Below are positions 9,258 through 20,472 of a stretch of DNA of 64,000 nt, piece after piece (position 1 is the first letter of the stretch; each line of letters opens with the position of its first letter). Source of the stretch: an uncultured delta proteobacterium (GTDB lineage: Bacteria > Myxococcota_A > Polyangia > Polyangiales > JAFGIB01). The notes beneath the pieces are model-generated. The model was not told the origin of the DNA. It was given only the letters and a program-made list of their open reading frames with translations, and searched no databases. The DNA lies in NCBI GenBank assembly GCA_963778655.1, contig CAVZVA010000005.1, forward strand, positions 384,001-448,000, read 5' to 3'. The position numbers and the translations under genes are program-made.

Positions 9258-10229
9258 ATGAAGCGCGTTCTCGTGACAGTGCTCACGGCCGTCTTGGCGG
9301 TCGGTCTGGCCGCAACTGGCGCCGAGGCGAAGAAGGGCTCGAAGAAGAAGAAGAAGGCCCAAGCGGTCCCGACCAGCCAGAAGATCGCCGAGTCGATGGG
9401 CAACATCCACTGGGGCATGACCAAAGACGAGCTGATGAAGTACTTCACCGACAAGCTCAGAGAGAAGTACCGCCCGCTGCTTGCCAAGGCCAAGGACGCG
9501 GTCGAGGACGATAACCTGCGCCAGCAGGCGCGCCGGGAGCTGGACGCGCTGAACAAGGGCTACGTCGAGTTCGACGGGCATTCGACCGGCTGGGACGTGA
9601 GCTTCCTGAAGGGCGAGTTTACCCAGGGCAACGACGAATCGATGATCGTCGTGCGTGACGGCAACTCGCAGAACTTCTACTTCATGATCGGCGGCAAGCT
9701 GTGGAAGTGGTACAAGGCCTTCGACGCCTCGGTCTTCCCGGCGGGTAACTTCGACACCTTCGCCGGGTCAGTGCAGCGCCGCTTCGGCAACGGCAAGGAC
9801 GTCGAGGGCGAGGTGCGGCCGGGTGAAGGGCGGCGGCACTGGATCGAGTGGCAGGACAAGCAGACGCGCCTGCGCGCCGTGGACGAGACCGGCTTCTACG
9901 GGTTCTACTCCCTGGTGTTCGAAGAGAAGGCCACGGTCGACAAGCTGGCGCGCCTGCGCAGCCACGACGATCGCTCTCAGAGCGGGGAAAAGACCAACTC
10001 GCTCGTCGACGCCGTAACCTCCGATCGCTCGGGCAACCCCGACGACTCGCCGAACATCGTCGACCGCATCACCGGCCGCCTGCACCAGAATGCGGCTCCG
10101 TCGCAAGGCTCCGAGGAAGCCTCCGCCGGCAAGACCAAGACCAAGAGCAAGGCCAAGAGCTCTTCGAGCTCCAGCGAGGGCTCGGGCGTCACCAACGAGA
10201 ACGACCCGATCTCCGGCTTGGGGCTCTGA
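9258..10229 (+). CDS. Hypothetical secreted protein with Lys-rich segments
   Basis: GGAGG RBS; signal peptide 'MKRVLVTVLTAVLAVGLAATGAEA'; strong host codon bias. Confidence 0.8.
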   Translation: MKRVLVTVLTAVLAVGLAATGAEAKKGSKKKKKAQAVPTSQKIAESMGNIHWGMTKDELMKYFTDKLREKYRPLLAKAKDAVEDDNLRQQARRELDALNKGYVEFDGHSTGWDVSFLKGEFTQGNDESMIVVRDGNSQNFYFMIGGKLWKWYKAFDASVFPAGNFDTFAGSVQRRFGNGKDVEGEVRPGEGRRHWIEWQDKQTRLRAVDETGFYGFYSLVFEEKATVDKLARLRSHDDRSQSGEKTNSLVDAVTSDRSGNPDDSPNIVDRITGRLHQNAAPSQGSEEASAGKTKTKSKAKSSSSSSEGSGVTNENDPISGLGL

Positions 10230-10273
10230 GCCGCCGGCGAGAGCACGGGTCGCGATTGGTTGGTGGTGACCCG

Positions 10274-10392
10274 CCGTCGTCATCCACGTAGACGAGCCTC
10301 GTAGTCGTGCGCGTGCTCACCCACGGACGCAGTGCAGCGACCAGCTTGGACGGGCGCGACTACGCACGCGCACGACTACGATACGACTACCC
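10274..10392. repeat. Hexamer-based imperfect palindrome (CGTAGT/CGACTA units)
   Basis: 'cgtagtcgtgcgcgtg' pairs with 'cacgcgcacgactacg'; lies between convergent genes. Confidence 0.5.
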
Positions 10393-10430
10393 GCACCCAC
10401 TCTTGTGGCGTAAGCGGCGCCTCTAGCCAG

Positions 10431-10679
10431 TCAGCTGCCCTCGCGGGTCTCGATCTCGATGTCCTGGCCCAGCGCGCGCCGCAGCGCGGGCTCGACGATC
10501 CGGCTGAGCGTGTAGGGCTTACCCGGGCATCCGCCGCAGGCGCCGGACAAGCGCAACACGATCCGCGATTCCGCGACCTCGATCAGCTCGATGCGCCCCC
10601 CGTCGGCCTCGATCAGAGGCCGCAGGTACTCGGCGATCAGCTTCTCGACCTCTTCCTGCACCCCTCGAGGGTACACCAA
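10431..10679 (-). CDS. NifU C-terminal domain protein (Fe-S carrier)
   Basis: 'LRPLIEADGGRIEL...LRLSGACGGCP'. Confidence 0.85.
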   Translation of the reverse strand: MVYPRGVQEEVEKLIAEYLRPLIEADGGRIELIEVAESRIVLRLSGACGGCPGKPYTLSRIVEPALRRALGQDIEIETREGS

Positions 10680-10695
10680 GACGGCGCCCGCGCTC

Positions 10696-12027
10696 TCAGA
10701 AGAACTTCTGCTCTTCGAGCGCAGCCACCTTGCCCAGCTCCTTGAGCAGGCGCCCCTGGATTTCGACCGTCTTGTCCATCAGCGCCTGGGTCTCCATCAG
10801 CTCGCCGCGGAAGTCGCCGAAGAGCTTCGCGCCCGCCCCGAGAATCGGCATGCTGTGGCCCTTGTCCACCAGAATCACGTAGTCGCCTTCTTTGTCCGCA
10901 AACTCCGGCTGGCCCGTGAACAGCTTGCGCTCGACCTCGCGGCCGCCTTCGCGCGACGAGACCAGCATGATCTGGCTGGCGTCGTCCTTCTCGGCTTTGC
11001 CCTTGCCCTTGCCCTTGGACTTGGACTTGGACTTGGCGGCATCGTCGGCGGCGTCCGGGGGCTTGGGCCGCACCACGACCAGCCCGCCTGCGAACAGGTC
11101 ACCGGATTTCGTGACGACCAGGCCGTAGTCGGTGGTCAGCAGCTGGTCCGTCGTCTTCGCGGACTCGTCGAGCTTCTTGCGCGCGTTGTCGCCCGCGGTC
11201 TTGGCGCTCAGCACGGCGAACTTGTCCCACATCAAATTGATGTTGTTGTAGTAGTCGAACAGGTCATCCACCACCGAGGTGGGGAAGGCCAGGTAGCGGC
11301 GCCGCGAGAACTCGCCGGCCGAGAAGGGTTTCTTGATGCCGACCAGCTGCTGCACCGACGCGTAGTCGACATGCGCCTGCTTGCCCGGGCCGCCCGACGA
11401 GGCCTCCACCACCTTGTGCAGGTCTTCCTTGGCGCTGTCGAGCTGCTTGGAAACCGCCTGGATGCGCGCGTAGATGTCCTTTCCGTCGCGCACGGCCATG
11501 TTGTACTGCTTGCGCTCGGCGCCGGTGCTGAAGACCATGAAGCCGGCGGCCAGACCGAACACCAGTCCGATCAGAAGCAACACGACGTTGCGCATGTTCG
11601 ACTTGCGGCCGATCTCGTCTTCCTTGACCGCCGAGTCGTCGATGACGAGGCGCACTTTCTTTTCGGCCACAACGGCCGGCGCCATCACGTCGAACGGCGC
11701 CACGCCCGCCGGTCGCGCCGCGGGTGCCGGAGCGGCGCCGGGAACCGGAGCGGCGCCGGGGCGCGCCACCGGCTGCGGCAGCCTGGCTCCGGGCTGCTGC
11801 GAGGTGGGCCCGGCAAACGGCGGCGCCGGCACGCTCGCCGGGGCCAGCGGATTGCCGATCGGCGGCCGCATTCCAGGCGGCACCGACCCGCCTGCGACGG
11901 GCGGAGGAACGGACCCCCCGCGGCCCACGGGCGGCATCGACCCCCCCACTTGGCCGGGGGTCACGGTACGGCCCAATCGGGCTTTCAGGTCCTTGATATC
12001 ACGCGGTTTGTTTGACGGTGTTGCCAT
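10696..12027 (-). CDS. Hypothetical membrane protein (Pro-rich N-terminus, TM helix, helical C-domain)
   Basis: 443-aa ORF with host codon bias; TM 'VVLLLIGLVFGLAAGFMVF'. Confidence 0.75.
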   Translation of the reverse strand: MATPSNKPRDIKDLKARLGRTVTPGQVGGSMPPVGRGGSVPPPVAGGSVPPGMRPPIGNPLAPASVPAPPFAGPTSQQPGARLPQPVARPGAAPVPGAAPAPAARPAGVAPFDVMAPAVVAEKKVRLVIDDSAVKEDEIGRKSNMRNVVLLLIGLVFGLAAGFMVFSTGAERKQYNMAVRDGKDIYARIQAVSKQLDSAKEDLHKVVEASSGGPGKQAHVDYASVQQLVGIKKPFSAGEFSRRRYLAFPTSVVDDLFDYYNNINLMWDKFAVLSAKTAGDNARKKLDESAKTTDQLLTTDYGLVVTKSGDLFAGGLVVVRPKPPDAADDAAKSKSKSKGKGKGKAEKDDASQIMLVSSREGGREVERKLFTGQPEFADKEGDYVILVDKGHSMPILGAGAKLFGDFRGELMETQALMDKTVEIQGRLLKELGKVAALEEQKFF

Positions 12028-12303
12028 TGCCTCTGGCCTTGCTCGTGGACTTGCTCGCAGCTCGCAGTGGGCTGTCTAACCTGGTCTGCCGCCGGTGTCC
12101 GATAAGCTAGGCACGGTATCCGTGCGCGCTCGAGAGTGTCAAGCGGACGCACGTGTATGCCAAAAAGCTCAGTCGAGTCAAACCCTTATACTACGGGGTC
12201 GAGTCGGCGTATAGGCCCAAGTGTGCAAACACTGGGCAGTTGTGGGCTTTTCCATGGCGCAGGGCGGCGACCCGCCACGCGCCAGTGGTAGAGTGCTCCG
12301 GCG

Positions 12304-13206
12304 ATGAAGCCGTTGCAGGCCGAACGCAGACTCGCCTCGCGCCGGGGTGAGATCGTCTACCACGCGTTTGGAAGCGGGCCGCCCCTGCTGTTCGCAGGTG
12401 GGCTGGGCGCGAGCTCGGAAGCCTTCCGGAACCAGATTGCGCACTTGTCAAATCGGTATCGCTGTTTGGTGTGGGACTACCGCGGCGTGTACCGCGATCG
12501 CCGCGCGGAGGGCGGCCGCCCCACGATCGCCGAGCACGCGTGCGATGCGCGTGCCATCCTGGAGCACGAAGGCGGCGGGCGTGCTGCGGTGCTGGGCTGG
12601 TCGCTCGGCGTGCAGGTTGCGCTGCAGCTGTTCGCCGACGATCCCGCGAACATCGCGTTGCTCGTGCTGGTCGCGGGCGGCGCGCGCGCGCCCTGGGGTG
12701 CGTGCCCGGAGGCGGGCCGCATCCGCAGACTGTACCCCGCGTTGCTCGAGTTGTTCGCGCGCACGCCGTCGGCCCTGCTGGCCTCGCTGGTGCAAGCTGG
12801 CAGCAAGTCGCCCGAGACCTTCACCTGGGCGCGCCGGCTGGGCCTGGTGGGCGCGGACGTCGACCCCGAGCTGTTCGCGGAGGTCGCGCGCAACTTCGCG
12901 CGGCTCGATCTGGACGCCTTGATTGGCACGCTGCGTGAGATGTCGGAGCACGATCTGAGCCCTGCGCTCGGGGCGATCGACGTGCCGGCGCTGGTGATCG
13001 GCGGCGACCGCGACCCGTTCACGCCGCGCGCCGCGCTCGAGCGGCTGGTGCACCGCATCCCCGGTGCCGAATACCTGTTGCTCGCGGGCGCCGGCCACTA
13101 CTTGCTCATGGATCACGCCCAGCACGTCAACCTGCGCATCGACAAGTTCTTCGCCGAGCGCGGCTTCGGCGTGGAGGCTAGGCCGCTGTCCTTGCACGCC
13201 AGGTGA
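12304..13206 (+). CDS. Alpha/beta fold hydrolase
   Basis: 'WDYRG', nucleophile elbow 'GWSLG', 'GGDRDPFTP', 'GAGH'. Confidence 0.88.
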   Translation: MKPLQAERRLASRRGEIVYHAFGSGPPLLFAGGLGASSEAFRNQIAHLSNRYRCLVWDYRGVYRDRRAEGGRPTIAEHACDARAILEHEGGGRAAVLGWSLGVQVALQLFADDPANIALLVLVAGGARAPWGACPEAGRIRRLYPALLELFARTPSALLASLVQAGSKSPETFTWARRLGLVGADVDPELFAEVARNFARLDLDALIGTLREMSEHDLSPALGAIDVPALVIGGDRDPFTPRAALERLVHRIPGAEYLLLAGAGHYLLMDHAQHVNLRIDKFFAERGFGVEARPLSLHAR

Positions 13207-13225
13207 AAATTTGCTCCCTTGAGCC

Positions 13226-13827
<602 letters not shown>

Positions 13828-13831
<4 letters not shown>

Positions 13832-14838
13832 TCAGGACCTGGATCGCGCGCGTGGCCGACGGCCAAGATCTCGACGCGCAGGCGATGGAAGGCGCAATCG
13901 ACGCGATCCTGCGCGGCGAGGTCAGCACGGCGCAGATTGCGGCGCTGCTGGTGGCGCTGCGGATGAAGGGGGAGACCGCCGAGGAGCTGGCCGCAGCCGC
14001 GCGCAGCATGCGCCGGCAGGCGATCGTGGTGAAGGTGAGCGGGTCGGGGCCGCTGCTGGACACCTGCGGCACCGGCGGCGACGCCTCGGGCACCTTCAAT
14101 ATCTCGACCATCAGCGCGATTGTGGTGTCGGCCGCCGGCGTGCGCGTGGCCAAGCACGGCAACCGCGCCGCGACCTCCAAGGCTGGCAGCGCCGATGTGC
14201 TCGAAGCGCTCGGCCTCGATCTCGGCCAGCCGCCCGAGCGCATCGGCCGCTGCATCGACAGCGTGGGCATCGGCTTCATGTTTGCGCGCGCGCATCATCC
14301 GGCGATGCGGCACGTCGGCCCGGTGCGCGGCGAGATCGGGGTGCGCACGCTGTTCAACTTCATCGGCCCGCTGACCAACCCGGCCGGTGCGACCCATCAG
14401 CTGCTCGGGGTCGGGGACCCCACGCGGCTGCAGACCATGGCGCAGGTGCTGGGCATGCTTGGCACGCAGGCCGCCTGGGTGGTGCACGGGCACGGCGGTT
14501 TGGACGAGGTCTCGCTCTCGGGGCCGACCGCGGTGGCGGAGCTGCGCGGCGGCGAGATCAGGCGTTTCGAGATCGGACCGGAGGACTTCGGGCTGAGCGC
14601 GGCCGAGCCGGCCGCGCTGCGCGGAGGCGACGCGGCCGAAAACGCCGCGATTGTCCGGGCGATCTTGGCCGGGGAGCGCGGTCCGCGCCGCGACGCGGTG
14701 CTGGCAAACGCGGGCGCGGCGCTGTGCGCGGCCGGCGTGGCCGGCAGCCCGCGCGAGGGCGCCGAGCGCGCAGCCCAGGCGCTCGACTCGGGCGCAGCCA
14801 AGGGCAAGCTCGACGCCTGGCTGGCGTTCGGTGGGTAG
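13828..14838 (+). CDS. trpD: Anthranilate phosphoribosyltransferase
   Basis: 'DTCGTGGD', 'FNIST', 'KHGNR', '[10 protein letters not shown]', 'GLDE'. Confidence 0.96.
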
Positions 14839-14856
14839 CCGGGGGAGGATCACGGC

Positions 14857-15660
14857 GTGGCGGGCGCGATCGATCACCTCGGGCTGATTCTGGCGCGAAA
14901 GCGGCGCGAGAACGCGCGCCGGCGCGGGCACGCGGGCCGGGCGCCGCATGCGGCGGACGGCGGCGACCGCGGCGCGCTCGCGCTCGCAGCCCTGCGGCGC
15001 GCACCCGGCGCTGCGCCGCGTGTGATCGCGGAGATCAAGCACAGCAGTCCCAGCGCTGGCGTGATCCGGACGCGCGCGCGGGGCGCGGTGCAGGCGCTCG
15101 CGCGGCAGTACGACCGCGGCGGTGCGGCCGCGATCAGCGTCCTGTGCGACGGTCCAGGCTTCGGTGGCAGCCCGCTCGACCTGCGGCGCGCTGCGGCCGC
15201 GGCGAGCGTGCCGCTGCTGTTCAAGGAGTTCGTGCTCGACCCCTTGCAGGTGACGCTAGCCCGGGCGCTGGGCGCGCACATGGTGCTGCTGGTGGTGCGC
15301 GCCCTGGACGAGGGCGCGCTGCGCGCGCTGATCGCCGAGGCGCGCGGGCAGGGGATGGAGCCGGTGGTCGAGGCCGCCGACGAGCGCGAGCTCGATCTCG
15401 CGCTCTCCACCTCGGCGCGCATCATCGGCGTCAACGCGCGCGACCTGCGCAGCTTCGGCGTCGATACGGAGCGAGCCCGGCGCGCGATCGAGCGCGTGCC
15501 CTCCGACCGGATCGCGATTCACATGAGCGGGATCACGAGCACCGAGGACCTGGCGCGCGTGGCGCAATCGCGCGCCGACGCGGTGCTGATCGGCGAAGCC
15601 TTGATGCGCGCGCCCGATCCGGGCGAGCGACTGCGCGAGTGGCTGGCGGCGCTTGGCTAG
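14857..15660 (+). CDS. trpC: Indole-3-glycerol-phosphate synthase
   Basis: 'IAEIKHSSPSAG', 'AISVL', 'PLLFKEFV', 'IGVNARDL', 'AVLIGEALM'. Confidence 0.92.
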   Translation: MAGAIDHLGLILARKRRENARRRGHAGRAPHAADGGDRGALALAALRRAPGAAPRVIAEIKHSSPSAGVIRTRARGAVQALARQYDRGGAAAISVLCDGPGFGGSPLDLRRAAAAASVPLLFKEFVLDPLQVTLARALGAHMVLLVVRALDEGALRALIAEARGQGMEPVVEAADERELDLALSTSARIIGVNARDLRSFGVDTERARRAIERVPSDRIAIHMSGITSTEDLARVAQSRADAVLIGEALMRAPDPGERLREWLAALG

Positions 15661-17426
15661 GCGGGGGCGTCGAGCAGGTGCTTGGATTGCCCCTGCGGCT
15701 GCGCTGGCGGCAGGATCACGATGAAGGTGGCGCCCTTTTGCTGCTCGCTCTGGATCTCGATCGTGCCACCGTGCGCGTCGACGATCTGGCGCACCAGCGC
15801 CAGTCCGATGCCGGCGCCGTGCGTGCGCTCGGAATAGAACATGTTGTAGACCTTGTCGCGCTGGCCGGGGTCGATCCCCTGGCCCTCGTCGCGCACCTCG
15901 AGCACGGCGCTGCCATCGGGGCGGCTCGCCGCGGCAATCCGCACACAGCTGCCCGAGGGCGCGGCCTGCAGCGCGTTCTTGACCAGGTTCCAGACCACCT
16001 GGCGGACCTGGTCGCCGTCGACCCAGGCCCACACCGGCGTGTCCGGCAGGACGCGCTCGATGCGCACGCGCTTGGCGGCGGCTGCGCCACGGCCGGCCAT
16101 CTCGGCCACGGCGTCGACGGTGGCGCGCAGGTCGTGGCGGCCGCGCAGCGGCGCGCGCGGGCGTCCCACCTGCAGCATGGTGGCGACCAGATCGTCCAGG
16201 CGCTCCACCTCGTCCAGGATGATTCCGAGCAGGTGCCGCTCTTCGCCATCCAGGTGCGGCGACTCGCGCACCAGCTGCACCGAGCCGGAGATCGAGCCCA
16301 ACGGGTTGCGGATCTCGTGCGCGAGCCCGGCGGATAGACGGCCGAGCACCGCCAGGCGCTCCTGGCGCGCGGCGACCTCGCGCAGCCTGGCGATCTCGCT
16401 GAGGTCCTGAAACAACACCAGCGCGCCGATCGCGGTGCCGTCGATGTTGGTCAGCGGGTTGATCGAATAGCCGACCGGGAAGCGCGTGCCGTCGTCGCGG
16501 CGCGCGCTGCACTCGGCGCGCGCGAGCCGCGCCCCGGCGTCGCTCATGTGGTCGAACAGGCTGCTCCGGTCGACGTCGAGCACGCTCGAAACCGGGCGGC
16601 CCACGACGTCGCGGTCGCGCGCGCGTAGCATTTCCAGCCCGGTGGGGTTGATGGTGCGGATGCGGCCCGCGAGGTCGGTGCTGAGCAGCCCCGACGACAG
16701 CGAGCGCACGATGTCGTCGTTGAGGCGCGCCAGGGTCGCCGCGCTGGCCTTGGCCAGCTGCAGTTGGCCTCCGGCGGTCAGCAGCCGCGCCGAGAGGTTG
16801 CCGGCCAGCACCGTCACCAGCAGCAGGCCGAGCACGTTGAGCAGACCGGCGTAGGCCAGCTCTCCGAGCGGAGGCAGATAGGCATCGGGCCGCTGGTCCG
16901 CGGGCGGCGCGATCCAGCCTGCGGCCAGGCTCACCGACAGTAGCCCGTACAGCAGGATGGCCGCAGCGCCGGTCAGGCGCGCGGACACCGGGCCGACGAC
17001 CATGGCGGCCATCAGCACCGCGACGCCGTACAGGAAGGTGAAGCCGCTGGTCGGGCCGCCGGTCACGTACACCAGACCCGTGGTCACGACCAGGTCGGTG
17101 CCCACCTGCGCCAGCGCCACGCGGTCACGGTGCGCGGCACCGAGTAACCACACCGCGAAGATCAGCGAGGCCCCGTAGATGGCCGCGATCAGGCTGACCA
17201 AGAAGCGCGGGGTGAACGAGTCGAAGCCGCGCTTGTCCTCCAGCGCGATCAGCAGGGTGCCGCCGAGCAGCAGCGTGGCCACGCCCAGGCGCGTGCCCAT
17301 GAACAGCTGCAACCGCGTCACCGAGCGGCGGTCGTCGCCGAGGTCGGTAGGCGGCGGGGGCAGCAGCGAATTGGTTGGAGGCGGCGCACCCGCGGGGCTC
17401 GGCTCCGCGCTCACGCGGTCGACCAT
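15657..17426 (-). CDS. pilS: PilS-like sensor histidine kinase (multi-TM, PAS, HisKA, HATPase)
   Basis: About six TM helices; H-box 'LAHEIRNPL'; 'NLVKNA', 'DEGQGI', 'GAGIGLA'; directly downstream of pilC. Confidence 0.82.
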   Translation of the reverse strand: MVDRVSAEPSPAGAPPPTNSLLPPPPTDLGDDRRSVTRLQLFMGTRLGVATLLLGGTLLIALEDKRGFDSFTPRFLVSLIAAIYGASLIFAVWLLGAAHRDRVALAQVGTDLVVTTGLVYVTGGPTSGFTFLYGVAVLMAAMVVGPVSARLTGAAAILLYGLLSVSLAAGWIAPPADQRPDAYLPPLGELAYAGLLNVLGLLLVTVLAGNLSARLLTAGGQLQLAKASAATLARLNDDIVRSLSSGLLSTDLAGRIRTINPTGLEMLRARDRDVVGRPVSSVLDVDRSSLFDHMSDAGARLARAECSARRDDGTRFPVGYSINPLTNIDGTAIGALVLFQDLSEIARLREVAARQERLAVLGRLSAGLAHEIRNPLGSISGSVQLVRESPHLDGEERHLLGIILDEVERLDDLVATMLQVGRPRAPLRGRHDLRATVDAVAEMAGRGAAAAKRVRIERVLPDTPVWAWVDGDQVRQVVWNLVKNALQAAPSGSCVRIAAASRPDGSAVLEVRDEGQGIDPGQRDKVYNMFYSERTHGAGIGLALVRQIVDAHGGTIEIQSEQQKGATFIVILPPAQPQGQSKHLLDAPA

Positions 17427-17502
17427 CGGCGGCACGCGCCGGGAGGCGGCCAGGTTGTGTGCTGCATTCGCATCGGCCCTCGCGCCGGCGGCCGCGCGGC
17501 CG

Positions 17503-18714
17503 TCACTCGGCCTTGACGGCACCGGCGATGTCGAAGATCGGCATGTACATCGCGATCAACATGAAGCCCACCATGCCGCCGATGCCGACCATCATGATCG
17601 GCTCCATCATGGCGGTGAGCGCGCTCACCGCCACGTCGACTTCTTCCTCGTAGAAATCGGCGATCTTGTTCAGCATTTGGTCGAGCGCGCCGGTCTGCTC
17701 GCCCACCCCGATCATCTGCACGACCATGGACGGGAACAGCTTGGTCTCGCCCAGCGGCTCGACCATGGTCTTGCCCTCGGTGATGCGGTCGGCCACGTTG
17801 TTGAGCGCGGTTTCGATCAGCACGTTGCCGGCGGTCTTGGCGACGATGCGTAGGGCGTCGAGGATCGGCACGCCTGAGGCCAGCAGCGTGCCCATGGTGC
17901 GGGTGAAGCGGGCGACGGCGATCTTGCGCATGGTCGGGCCGAGCGCCGGAAAGCTCAGCATCAACCAGTGCCAGAAGCGCTTGCCGCGCTTGGTGCGGTA
18001 GGAATACGAGATGCCGAAGAAGGCGGTGACGGCGCCCGCGGCCGCGAACGGCAGCTTGTCGATCGCGCTGTGGGACATGCCGATCACGAACTTGGTGAGG
18101 GCGGGCAGCTTGTCGGTGCCGCCGAAGTCCGCAAACATCTTTTCGAAGGTCGGCACCACCTTGGTCAGCAGGATGGTGAGCACCGCGATCGCGATGCACA
18201 GGACGGCGATCGGGTAGACCAGCGCGCCGCGCACCTGGCGCTGCAGCTTGACGCGCTTCTCGATGTAGACGCCGAGGCGGTTGAGGATGGTGTCGAGGAT
18301 GCCGCCCATCTCGCCGGCTGCCACCAGGTTGACGAATAGCTCGTCGAACACCTTGGGGTGGCGCTTGAGCGCTTCCGAGAACGTGGCGCCGCCCTCGACT
18401 GTGTTCTTGACGTCCTTGAGGATGGCGTTGAAGGCCTTGTTGTCGCCCTGGCTGGAGAGGATCTCGAGGCACTGCACCAGGGGCAGGCCGGCGTCGATCA
18501 TGGTGGCGAACTGGCGAATGAAGATCACCAGCTCCTGCGACGACACCGGCGTTCCGAAGGGCAGGCGCAGCGCGCCGGCCTTCCTGCGGATCGCAACCGG
18601 GTTCAGATTCTGGGCCTTCAGGCGCTGGTCGACGGACTCCTTGTTCTCGGCGTCCATGACGCCTTTACGGAGCTCACCGGTGCGCGCGCGCGCCTCCCAT
18701 ACCCATTCAGCCAT
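17503..18714 (-). CDS. pilC: Type IV pilus inner-membrane platform protein PilC (GspF family)
   Basis: 'RQFATMIDAGLPL', 'AGEMGGILD', 'GEQTGALDQML', 'AMYMPIF'. Confidence 0.94.
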   Translation of the reverse strand: MAEWVWEARARTGELRKGVMDAENKESVDQRLKAQNLNPVAIRRKAGALRLPFGTPVSSQELVIFIRQFATMIDAGLPLVQCLEILSSQGDNKAFNAILKDVKNTVEGGATFSEALKRHPKVFDELFVNLVAAGEMGGILDTILNRLGVYIEKRVKLQRQVRGALVYPIAVLCIAIAVLTILLTKVVPTFEKMFADFGGTDKLPALTKFVIGMSHSAIDKLPFAAAGAVTAFFGISYSYRTKRGKRFWHWLMLSFPALGPTMRKIAVARFTRTMGTLLASGVPILDALRIVAKTAGNVLIETALNNVADRITEGKTMVEPLGETKLFPSMVVQMIGVGEQTGALDQMLNKIADFYEEEVDVAVSALTAMMEPIMMVGIGGMVGFMLIAMYMPIFDIAGAVKAE

Positions 18715-18831
18715 GGTTTCTCACGCAGCCAGCAGTGTAGCTGATGGCAAACAACGGGGTCAAAAGGCGCGGCTTGTTGGCGCGGCTTGTTGGCGCGCCG
18801 TAACAGGGGCCGTGTGCGCCTGTGTGAGCGC

Positions 18832-20472
18832 TCAGCGGTAGGGATTCAGCAGCAGATCGGGCGGCGGTGCCGGCGCCGCCTCGGGCTTGGGCCGGCGCGC
18901 CGGCTTTTCCGCAGGCGGCTTCTCGCTGGCGGCCGGCGCAGGCCTTTTGGCCGCCGCTTCGTGGTGGACCCTGGGCTCCCTGGGCTCTTCGGGCGGCGCT
19001 GCGTGAGCCGGCGCAACCGGCGACGACGGCCGGGCGCCGACGTGCGCTGTGCTCGCGCTGGCCGCGTTGCCCGCAGGGGTGGTCGCGCTCGGCTCAGGCG
19101 CCGGCGCGGCCGCGCCCGTCGCGGTCTCCGACGCGCTGGGCTCGTTGGCGGCCGCGGGGGCGCTCGGCGGCGGTTCTGGCGCGGCCGCGCTGGGCAGTGG
19201 CTTGCCCTGGGGCAGCGGCGAGCTGGTTACCGCTTGTTCGCCCTGGCGCAGCAGCGCCGTGAGCGCAAGCCCGGCGGCCACCAGCACCAGGGCAGCCAGC
19301 ACCCACACGCTCCAGCGTCGCGGCTGCGCGGCCAGCATGCCGAGCGCCGGAGCCGGAAGCTCGATCGGCGGCGGCGCGGGCGGGCTCACTCCGACCGGCG
19401 CGCGGGGGTGCGCCTCGAGCCCCTCGGGCGGGGCGGGCTCGCTGCCGCCCGCGCTCGCGATCTCCGCGATCGCGGAGCGGATCAGCTCGCTGTCGCGCTC
19501 GATCTTCTCCGCGGCGTATTCGCGCACCAGCTTGGCGACCGCGCGTTGATTGGCCAGCCCGCCCAGCGTATCGGCGCGCTCCTCGATCGCCTCCGCGAAC
19601 TCCTCGGCGGTCTGATAGCGCTCGGCTGGATCGCGCGCCAGGCCCTTCTCCAGCACCGGGTCGAACGGTGCGAGCGCGGGATCGACCGCGGACGGCATCG
19701 GGATCGGCTCGATGCAGATCTTGTTGAGCGTGGCGGCCTGGTTCTCGGCGCGGAACAGCCGGCGCCCGGTCAGGCATTCCCACAGGATGATCGCGACCGA
19801 GAACAGGTCGGAGCGCTGATCGGCGTCGCCGGTCGACGCGGCCTCCGGCGCCATATACGCCAGCTTGCCCTTGAACTGGCCCTGGCGCGTGGTGCTGAGC
19901 CGCACCTCGGCCTTGGCCACGCCGAAGTCGGTGATGCGGGCGATGCCGTCGGTGCTCACCATGATGTTGTGCGGCGAGACGTCGCGGTGAACCAGGTTGA
20001 TGCGACGGCCGTTCTCGTCGGTGAGGCTGTGCGCCGCGGCCAGACCCTCGAGCGCGTCGACCATGATGCGCAGCGCGATCGGCGCCGGCAGCCGCGAGCC
20101 GAGCTTGTAGGCCTTCTGCAGCAGGGCGCCCAGGTGGTCGCCCTCGATGTAATCCATGACCAGGTAGTAGCCGGCGTCCTGGGTGTCGCTGATGTCGATC
20201 GTGGGCACGACGTTGGGATGCCGGATGCGCGCGGCGAGCCGTGCCTCGTCCAGGAACATGGTGATGAACTCCTGCTCGTGTGCGAGGTGCGGATGCAGCA
20301 CCTTGACTGCGAACAGGCGCTCGAAGCCCGCGACGCCCAGCGCGCGTCCCACGTACACCCCCGCCATGCCGCCGGAGGCAAGCCGAGCCAATACCTCGTA
20401 GCGACCGAGCCGCCGGCCCGACAGGCTGGTGGTAAATGGATCAGGCGGTAGCGCTGTGGCCGAATCGGTCAA
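18832..20472 (-). CDS. Hanks-type Ser/Thr protein kinase with TM helix and Pro/Ala-rich tail
   Basis: 'GGMAGVY', 'AVK', 'HRDVSPHNIM', 'DFGVAK', 'YMAPE', 'SDLFS'. Confidence 0.93.
   Translation of the reverse strand: MTDSATALPPDPFTTSLSGRRLGRYEVLARLASGGMAGVYVGRALGVAGFERLFAVKVLHPHLAHEQEFITMFLDEARLAARIRHPNVVPTIDISDTQDAGYYLVMDYIEGDHLGALLQKAYKLGSRLPAPIALRIMVDALEGLAAAHSLTDENGRRINLVHRDVSPHNIMVSTDGIARITDFGVAKAEVRLSTTRQGQFKGKLAYMAPEAASTGDADQRSDLFSVAIILWECLTGRRLFRAENQAATLNKICIEPIPMPSAVDPALAPFDPVLEKGLARDPAERYQTAEEFAEAIEERADTLGGLANQRAVAKLVREYAAEKIERDSELIRSAIAEIASAGGSEPAPPEGLEAHPRAPVGVSPPAPPPIELPAPALGMLAAQPRRWSVWVLAALVLVAAGLALTALLRQGEQAVTSSPLPQGKPLPSAAAPEPPPSAPAAANEPSASETATGAAAPAPEPSATTPAGNAASASTAHVGARPSSPVAPAHAAPPEEPREPRVHHEAAAKRPAPAASEKPPAEKPARRPKPEAAPAPPPDLLLNPYR

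Noticed and set aside
10997..11035. Short tandem repeats (cccttg/gacttg) as a contingency locus
   Set aside because: They are in-frame codon repeats encoding a KSKSKSKGKGKGK linker
12028..12303. Possible tRNA/ncRNA in the lower-GC intergenic region
   Set aside because: No cloverleaf or T-loop consensus found; consistent with a divergent promoter region
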